From positions 114,198 through 178,197 of the IMG/VR virus record IMGVR_UViG_3300028392_001993: a stretch of 64,000 bases of DNA; one strand, 5' to 3'. How positions within the stretch are numbered: position 1 is the first letter of the stretch; the number at the start of each line of letters is the position of its first letter. The stretch comes from a virus. The translations under genes were made by a program, and so were the position numbers. The notes beneath the pieces are model-generated. The model had not been told where the DNA came from. It saw only the letters and a list, made by a program, of their open reading frames with translations, and made no database searches. Shown one piece after another: positions 60,101-64,000 of this stretch.

Positions 60101-60633
60101 TTTCTGCAACTGGTAACATTACTGGTGGTAACTTGACAGTATCAACTGGTACAGTTACTTTAGGTAGCATTGTCAACGCCAATGGTAACGCTGTGGGCAA
60201 CATTGGTAGTTCAAGCAACTACTTCAACACCATATTTGGCAAAGCAACCACAGCACAATACGCTGACTTGGCTGAAAATTACCTGGCTGATGCGGCTTAT
60301 GCACCTGGAACTGTGTTGGATTTTGATGGTGCTCAAGAAGTCACACTAAGTACACGTGATTCCAGCAAGCGGGTCGCAGGTGTAGTATCTACTAATCCTG
60401 CTCACTTGATGAACTCCACATTGGATGGGGCTCACGTAACGGCAGTGGCATTGGCCGGACGTGTGCCCACTCAAGTAACTGGTAAAATTGCCAAAGGCGA
60501 TTTAATGGTATCTGCTGGAAATGGACGTGCGCGAGCCGAAGCCAATCCTGCAACAGGTACTGTAATTGGTAAAGCATTGGAGAACTTTGACGGCGGCGAA
60601 GGCACTATCGAAATCGTGATAAGTATGCAATAA
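54199..60633 (+). CDS. Giant repeat tail fibre (2144 aa) with C-terminal intramolecular-chaperone/autoproteolytic domain
   Basis: Dozens of 17/23-aa SAT-NITGGN repeats; ends AQYADLAENY...GVVSTNPAHLMN...VALAGRVP..V.G.I.KGDL.VS...G..IGKALE (Peptidase_G2/S74-type). Confidence 0.78.
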   Translation: MAFPVSPTNGQTTVVNQITYQYSSATNSWTRLVSTANVITANTIAVNGALTVGTTISATGNVSTAGFFIGNGSQLTGLAAGTANSALALVNGTTNLTTASGGNANLTIGGTSNVVVWATTGEYITGVLSASGQVTGSQFNGSGAGLTSIPGANVTGTVPSATSATTAGTVTTAAQPNITSVGTLTSVSVTNNVTGGNLLTGGLVSATGNVTGGNVLTGGVVSATGNVSGNYILGNGALLTGVITSVANINSGNSNVTVVSAGGNIAVGVGGVANVAVFATTGEYVTGVVSASGNVTGGNLLTAGLISATGNIYGGNVLNSGISSVTGNITGGNLLTAGQVSATGNVTGNYLLGNITSATGAMAKIANGTSSVNVAASGGNVVVAVSVDPVVTFTATSLLANSVSNYGIVASGNISGNNISATNALSAGTTVSAVGNVIGGNVTTAGQVSATANITGGNVLTAGIVSSTGNAIHGNILTGGIVSATANITGGNVLTAGLISATSTITSAANVIGGNLTTAGQVSATANVTGGNVLTGGLVSATANITGGNILTAGIVSATGNAVFGNISTSGSGGNISGANVISGTTLSATANITGGNIQTAGQVSATGNITAATGSFFIGNGSALTGVTATSAGFPITSGNSNIAATINANIAVTVGGTANVAVFATTGEYITGVLSATGNITGGNVLTAGLVSSTGNITGGNILTAGLISATSTITSAANVTGGNLLTAGLISATATITGGNLATGGTSSAAGNVTGGNVLTAGLISATGNVTGGNLATGGTSSAAGNVTGGNVLTAGLISATGNLNAGNVNTNQLRNVSGNLTIGVTAGNLILGPSGNVVMSANTYINNVLDPVQNQDVATKAYVDNFATTGIAYHQPVAAATTTTLATTTGGTITYTQPNGVSNGVGALLTTTGTFNLVDTANIQTLGTRVLVKNEANAVYNGVYTWANATNIIRSTDTDTYGPDSTTDLSINDYFYTTGGNVNAGTAFIVSAPAGTITFGTSNITFSTFSTSQVYSANTAAGISLNGTVINAKTDGITTAFDGGGNIIVKASANLTTPNIGAATGSSLNTSGNLTGGNLLTGGLISATSTITSAANVIGGNITTAGQVSATANVTGGNLLTGGLISSAGTITGTSHLGSVVSVTANVTGGNLLTGGLVSSTGNITGGNVLTGGLISATANITGGNIQTAGQVSATGNITVAAGSFFIGNGSALTGVTATSAGFPITSGNSNIAATINSNITVTVTSANVAVFANTGAYVTGVVSATANITGGNVLTAGLMSAVGNIDAGNLRTVGDVFANVNVGAAGNVSATGNVMGGNLKSSNAITAVTTISAGGNVIGGNITTAGQVSATANVTGGNLLTAGLISATSTITSAANVVGGNITTAGQVSATANVTGGNLLTAGLISATSTITSAANVVGGNVTTAGQVSATANITGGNVLTGGLISATANITGGNLLTAGQVSATGNLYGGNILNSGISSVTGNITGGNVLTAGLVSATGNVTGNYILGNGALLTGVITSVANINNGTSNVTVVSSGGNITVGVGGTGNVAVFATTGEYVTGLISASGNITGGNVLTAGLISATSTITSAANITGGNVLTAGLISATSTITSAANITGGNLLTAGLVSATANVTGGNLLTAGIISATGNIRGGNVAGAGFYYANGVAIINYTAATTPPASPSTGWQWYNTTTDVLYEYITDGTTPYWVDVSSPAFSNGPAGNLAIGGSLLPSANITYDLGSATQMWRSLYVSGNTIYLGGATLSASGTSVSMGTGNVTGGNVTTAGLVSATGNITGNYILGNGSQLSGIITSVGNINNGTSNVTVVSSGGNITASVGGTANVGVFYNGGLSITGDLTVTGNATLTGNIVADRIQNGTTLIDIQSASGNANITIGGTSNVAVFATTGEYVTGLLSVSGNVTGGNILTGGLISATGTVTGSSFLGAVVSVTANVTGGNVLTGGLISATGNITGGNLTVSTGTVTLGSIVNANGNAVGNIGSSSNYFNTIFGKATTAQYADLAENYLADAAYAPGTVLDFDGAQEVTLSTRDSSKRVAGVVSTNPAHLMNSTLDGAHVTAVALAGRVPTQVTGKIAKGDLMVSAGNGRARAEANPATGTVIGKALENFDGGEGTIEIVISMQ
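58924..59073 (+). repeat. Perfect coding tandem repeat, 69-bp unit x2 plus partial third
   Basis: acaggtggtaacgtactcactgctggtttgatatcagctacttcgactatcacaagtgctgccaatatt at 58924 and 58993. Confidence 0.9.
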
Positions 60634-60643
60634 AGGATAGAAA

Positions 60644-63600
60644 ATGGCCTTCCCAGTATCGCCGACGAACGGCCAGATTACTGTCGTCAACAACATAACC
60701 TATCAGTTCTCCAACGTTGGGAATACGTGGACACGACTTGTGTCCACGGCCAATACCATAACGGCCAACATAATAACGGCCAACACTCTCAATATCAACA
60801 ATGCCTTTACTGCGCCATCATTCAGCACCACAGGCAACGTAACCGGCAACTACTTTATTGGTAATGGCGCCTTGCTTACAGGAGTGGCCACAGGTAGTAG
60901 TTCAAACATTACCAACGGCACGTCCAACATTGTTGTTGCATCTAGCGGCAACATTACCGTGGCGGTGGCTGGGACGCCAAACATAGCAGTATTTGCCACC
61001 ACAGGCGAATACATTACAGGTGTGGTCAGTGCAAGTGGCAACGTCACTGGCGGCAATATCTTAACGGCTGGATTGATATCGGCCACTGGAACACTCAGTG
61101 TAAGTGGCAACACCACAGTGGCCAATGTCAGTGCCGGGGCCATTTCAGCAGGCAGTCTGAACACCAGTGGATTGATTTCGGCAACAGCCAACGTAACTGG
61201 TGGTAATTTGCTTACTCCTGGCGTGGTAAGTGCGGCCGGTAATATTACAGGTGGCAACTTGTCAGGTACTAACATTGTTGGCACACTGACCACAGCCGCT
61301 CAAACCAATATCACAAGTGTTGGCACATTGGGCTCTTTGGCTGTTACCGCGAACATCACAGGCGGTAACTTGTTAACAGGTGGACTGATCAGTTCAACAG
61401 GAACCATCACTGGCACAAGTCTTTTGGGTGCAGTAGTATCTGTAACAGGCAACATAACCGGTGGCAATGTACTAACCGGTGGATTAAGCATTAGTGGAAA
61501 CGTTATTGGTAATATATTACCGGCCGCTAACATCACTTATGATCTAGGTTCAAATACTCAACGTTGGCGAGATTTGTGGTTGAGCAACAGCACAATCTAT
61601 TTAGGTAATGCTCAAATATCAGCTAATGCCACTGCCATTGTGATGACTAATCCAGCAGGTGGACAAACAGTATTGGCCGGGGCAAGTGGCGCAAGTTCTA
61701 TAACTGGTGCAATAGTTAGTGCAAGTGGTAACATCACTGGTGGTAATGTATTGACAGGTGGCTTGATATCTGCAACTGGTAACGTCTCTGGTAACTTCTT
61801 TATTGGTAACGGTAGCGCACTTACCGGAGTTGTTGCTACAGGTGTAGGAACGCTCACTACTCTAAGTGTAACAGGAAATACCACAACCGGTAACTTGCTC
61901 ACAGGAGGATTGGTCAGCGCCACAGGTACTGTAACTGGTTCATCGTTTAGTGGTGCTGGTACTGGATTAACTGGAACAGCGGCGTCATTGACTGTGGGCA
62001 GTGCTACCACAGCGGGTACAGCAGGCTCAGCAACCACAGCGGGTACAGTGACCACCGCCGCACAACCAAATATTACATCAGTTGGTACACTAAGTTCTTT
62101 AACTGTTAGTGGCAACACCACTAGTGGTAACTTGTTAACTGCCGGTCTAGTATCAGCAACCGGTAACCTGTATACCTCCAACGCTGTGACCTACAGTGAC
62201 ACTTCCAACATCCTGGGTTGGTGGTATAGCAACAGCGTAAGCGTTGCCACACAAGAAACCAACAGCACTGATGTGCAGTTTAATGCAACTGGTAACATCA
62301 TGTACATTGTGGGTACCAGTACTCGTACAGTTTACCAATATGGCCTGAGTACTCCATGGCAGGTGGCCACAGCCACTTATGCCAGTTTGAGTTCAAACGT
62401 TGCCGCTCAAGCAGCCAGCCCACGAAGTATAAGTTTCAACTCCAGTGGCAACACCATGTTTGTGTTGGATCAAACCACACGAGCAGTGTATCAGTATTCA
62501 ATCAGCAACACAGCCAACATTGCCACAGCCACTTATGCCAGTTTGAGTGCCAACATTTCAGCGCAAGAAACCACAACGCCTGAAGGCATGGCATTCAGCC
62601 CAGACGGCGCCAACATGTACATTGTGGGTACCACACTGGATACCATATATCAGTACTCAATCAGCAACACAGCCAACATTGCCACAGCCACCTATGCCAG
62701 CAAGTCTTTGAGTGTTACTACTCAAGAAGGTACTGCCACTGGCCTGGCATTCAATGCCACTGGTAACGTGTTGTACCTGGTAGGAACCAGCGCACGAGTA
62801 GTATATCAATACAATCTTGGCACACCCTATGATATATCAACTGGCTCGTACTCGGGCAACAACTTGTATGTAGGTTACCAAGACAGCACTCCACATGGAA
62901 TTTATGTCAATTTGGCCAACAACGCAGTATACATCAACGGCTTGACCAATGACCGAGTTTATCAATATGATACGGGTAACAGTACCATTGTCAATAGTAA
63001 CTCACTAGGGGTCACAGGATATGCCCACTTCTCAGGCAATGCACAATTTGCAAATGTGTACATGCCATACAACAGTACTTTTAGTACGGCTGGATCAGTG
63101 ACTACTGGCACCGCAACATTCAATGCTGGTATCACTGCTGGTGCCACAACTTCTACTATAAACCTTGGCACGAGTCTAACCACAGGCACATTCACAATTG
63201 GTGGTACTGCCCAAACATCAAACATCAACATTGGCAGATCTGCCAACACTTCTGCCATAGTGATTGGCAACGGTGCGACCCTGAGTGCCAACGTCAAGAC
63301 TATTGATATTGCATCAAACGGTCTTGCAAACTCTGTCAGCAATGTGACTATTTTTGGCAACGTAGCCGGTAACAGCACAATGACCATTGGCGCAAACGTC
63401 GGTAACACCACAGTGAGTTACACTGGTAATACCATTGTTGCTATTGCCAATACCAGCGGCTCGGCACTGAGTGTGGCTGGTAATGTAACTGGTGGTAATA
63501 TCTTAACAGGCGGGCTGGTTAGTGCAACTGGTAACGTAACAGGCTCGACCTTGATTGGATCAGTAGTCACAGCAAGTGGTAATATCACTGGTGGTAACCT

Positions 63601-64000
63601 ACTAACTGGTGGATTGATTAGTGCTACTTCGACTATTACTAGTTCAGCCAATATCACTGGCGGTAACTTACTCACAGTTGGATTGATATCAGCCACATCG
63701 ACAGTAACTGGATCTACACTAATCGGTTCAGTAGTTACAGCAACTGGTAATATCACCGGTAGTAATGTTCTAACAGGTGGATTGATATCAGCAACCGGTA
63801 ACATCACTGGTGGTAATATCATCGGTACCATAATAGCCACTTCGTTCTCCACTGCAGGTAACATTACAGGTGGTAACTTGTTAACTGGTGGATTGATATC
63901 GGCTACAGGTAACGTGACTGGTAACTACATTTTGGGTAATGGCGCATTGTTAACTGGTGTTATTACCAGCGTAGCAAACATCAACAACGGCACATCAAAT
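60644..64000 (+). CDS. Paralogous giant repeat tail fibre with internal beta-propeller-like segment (>1,119 aa, 3'-truncated by window edge)
   Basis: AGGA RBS, ATG 60644, MAFPVSPTNGQITVVNNITYQ (near-identical to the 54199 N-terminus); same frame is coding at 64000 (...ITSVANINNGTSN); absent from the ORF track, consistent with no stop in the window. Confidence 0.75.
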   Translation, partial: MAFPVSPTNGQITVVNNITYQFSNVGNTWTRLVSTANTITANIITANTLNINNAFTAPSFSTTGNVTGNYFIGNGALLTGVATGSSSNITNGTSNIVVASSGNITVAVAGTPNIAVFATTGEYITGVVSASGNVTGGNILTAGLISATGTLSVSGNTTVANVSAGAISAGSLNTSGLISATANVTGGNLLTPGVVSAAGNITGGNLSGTNIVGTLTTAAQTNITSVGTLGSLAVTANITGGNLLTGGLISSTGTITGTSLLGAVVSVTGNITGGNVLTGGLSISGNVIGNILPAANITYDLGSNTQRWRDLWLSNSTIYLGNAQISANATAIVMTNPAGGQTVLAGASGASSITGAIVSASGNITGGNVLTGGLISATGNVSGNFFIGNGSALTGVVATGVGTLTTLSVTGNTTTGNLLTGGLVSATGTVTGSSFSGAGTGLTGTAASLTVGSATTAGTAGSATTAGTVTTAAQPNITSVGTLSSLTVSGNTTSGNLLTAGLVSATGNLYTSNAVTYSDTSNILGWWYSNSVSVATQETNSTDVQFNATGNIMYIVGTSTRTVYQYGLSTPWQVATATYASLSSNVAAQAASPRSISFNSSGNTMFVLDQTTRAVYQYSISNTANIATATYASLSANISAQETTTPEGMAFSPDGANMYIVGTTLDTIYQYSISNTANIATATYASKSLSVTTQEGTATGLAFNATGNVLYLVGTSARVVYQYNLGTPYDISTGSYSGNNLYVGYQDSTPHGIYVNLANNAVYINGLTNDRVYQYDTGNSTIVNSNSLGVTGYAHFSGNAQFANVYMPYNSTFSTAGSVTTGTATFNAGITAGATTSTINLGTSLTTGTFTIGGTAQTSNINIGRSANTSAIVIGNGATLSANVKTIDIASNGLANSVSNVTIFGNVAGNSTMTIGANVGNTTVSYTGNTIVAIANTSGSALSVAGNVTGGNILTGGLVSATGNVTGSTLIGSVVTASGNITGGNLLTGGLISATSTITSSANITGGNLLTVGLISATSTVTGSTLIGSVVTATGNITGSNVLTGGLISATGNITGGNIIGTIIATSFSTAGNITGGNLLTGGLISATGNVTGNYILGNGALLTGVITSVANINNGTSN

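Noticed and set aside
44235-61536. Numerous minus-strand ORFs (MLPVA..PPVTLP..) in the ORF track
   Set aside because: Antisense shadows of the Gly/Asn/Thr repeat codons of the fibre genes; no RBS or independent coding signal. The same applies to short ORFs opposite the baseplate and head genes.
43525-64000. CRISPR array or non-coding repeat array
   Set aside because: Repeats are in-frame, degenerate at third codon positions and lack unique spacers; no cas genes.
1-64000. Stop-codon reassignment as seen in some jumbo phages
   Set aside because: All core genes are full length under code 11, and TAA, TAG and TGA all occur as genuine terminators.

Overview
A 64-kb segment of a large T4-like myovirus (jumbo-phage-type) genome, read with genetic code 11. 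Left arm (minus strand, 1-20490): baseplate module with a >2,500-aa wedge protein running off the edge, plus gp6-, gp25-, gp5-, gp53- and tube-initiator-like genes. Centre (20603-29811, plus strand): a gp55-like late sigma factor, then a tightly coupled operon in which four radical-SAM genes are interleaved with gp47/gp46 (Mre11/Rad50-like). This is followed by a short GIY-YIG nuclease, a ~470-nt ORF-free, densely base-paired region (candidate large ncRNA) and a second, homing-type GIY-YIG gene. A minus-strand unit (32084-29761) encodes a tail/hub chaperone with a likely programmed -1 frameshift, coupled to a three-gene cassette that includes a Bpt/ATE-like aminoacyl-transferase. Next come the tape measure protein (with an M15-type peptidase motif), portal, core/scaffold, prohead protease and major capsid genes. 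A late-promoter-driven TPR-glycosyltransferase precedes a cluster of giant Gly/Asn/Thr/Ser-repeat fibre genes (43525 to the right edge). A TAAATA late-promoter motif precedes most late genes. Family assignments come from motif recognition by eye and were not confirmed by any search.
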